Shown: positions 63,704 through 64,000 of the stretch, piece after piece
Layout: every line of letters begins with the position of its first letter
Position numbering within the stretch: position 1 is the first letter of the stretch
Assembly: GCA_001443385.1 (NCBI GenBank)
Contig: LDXP01000005.1
Span: forward strand, 2,146-66,145
From: Candidatus Rokubacteria bacterium CSP1-6
GTDB lineage: Bacteria; Methylomirabilota; Methylomirabilia; Rokubacteriales; CSP1-6
Length of the DNA stretch: 64,000 bases
Direction of reading: 5' to 3'
Program-made: the position numbers and the translations under genes
Notes under the pieces: model-generated
What the model was told of the DNA's origin: nothing
Seen by the model: only the letters and a program-made list of their open reading frames with translations
The model's database searches: none

Positions 63704-64000
63704 GTCGACCTCCTCCTCGTTGACCCCTCCTGGACGCCGAGCCGGGTCACCAGTTCTCCGCCCAGGGTGCCGACGTCGCCGGCCCCGAGGGTGAGAACGA
63801 GGTCGCCCGGGCGGGTGATCTCGCACAGGTAGTCCAGGATCCGTTGGCGATCGTTGTCGAGGTACACCACCTCGCGGTGGCCGTGGGACGCGATCCCCTC
63901 GGCCAGGTCGCGGGCGTGGACCCCCGGAATTGGCGGCTCGCCGGCCGGGTAGATGTCCATCACCACCAGCACGTCGGTCTGGTAGAACGCCGTCAGGAAG
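63697..64000 (-). CDS. murC: UDP-N-acetylmuramate-L-alanine ligase, C-terminal part (5' end outside window)
   Basis: The frame is open to the window edge: …FLTAFYQTDVLVVMDIYPAGEPPIPGV…LVLTLGAGDV…. Confidence 0.85.
   Translation of the reverse strand, partial: FLTAFYQTDVLVVMDIYPAGEPPIPGVHARDLAEGIASHGHREVVYLDNDRQRILDYLCEITRPGDLVLTLGAGDVGTLGGELVTRLGVQEGSTRRRSTC

Overview
This is a very GC-rich, almost fully coding bacterial chromosomal segment. I see about 75 protein genes and 2 tRNAs, and no rRNA or CRISPR array.

Layout:
- (1) 2-14328, + strand: a co-directional electron-transfer supercluster. It holds an NrfD-type subunit, a NapH-like polyferredoxin, an EB_dh-type haem-b protein, a Rieske/cytochrome b pair, a second b-type cytochrome and seven c-type cytochromes. 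Together the cytochromes carry 49 haem-binding motifs. The cluster ends in a VKOR-thioredoxin fusion whose CxxC motif appears to be UxxC (in-frame TGA plus a downstream hairpin). This is a candidate selenoprotein that the ORF track does not show.
- (2) feoAB, behind a consensus sigma-54 promoter.
- (3) A stand-alone LigD phosphoesterase domain, a LonC-like protease and ppsA.
- (4) 22322-30062, - strand: twelve genes with gaps of 21 nt or less, behind a second consensus sigma-54 promoter. An NtrC-type regulator and a histidine kinase lie directly upstream. The string mixes five Usp genes, an HPF/RaiA-like factor, birA, a kinase-fold protein, an FmdB zinc ribbon, an eRF1/Pelota-like protein lacking a canonical GGQ, and an orphan AmmeMemoRadiSam-type radical SAM enzyme.
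- (5) An MFS transporter split by a 131-bp palindromic element, then uppS and an amidase.
- (6) A small leader-like peptide gene, a cNMP-binding protein and an M50-like membrane protein with HQxxH instead of HExxH. A secreted FecR-domain protein and a TPR outer-membrane-like protein sit upstream of these.
- (7) tRNA-Glu and tRNA-Lys, hisZ-purA, serC-like/serA, mtnA coupled to a SagB-type dehydrogenase, and the distal dcw cluster (murC-murB-ftsQ-ftsA-ftsZ-pgeF ... yggS-proC-yggT-divIVA). A TnpB-only IS200/IS605-type element and a nucleotidyltransferase-fold gene interrupt that cluster.

A MITE/REP-like palindromic repeat family occurs five times. Two genes (the polyferredoxin and purA) show apparent single-base frameshifts. 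These could be assembly errors or real lesions.

All functional calls rest on motif and family recognition by eye. No database search was run.
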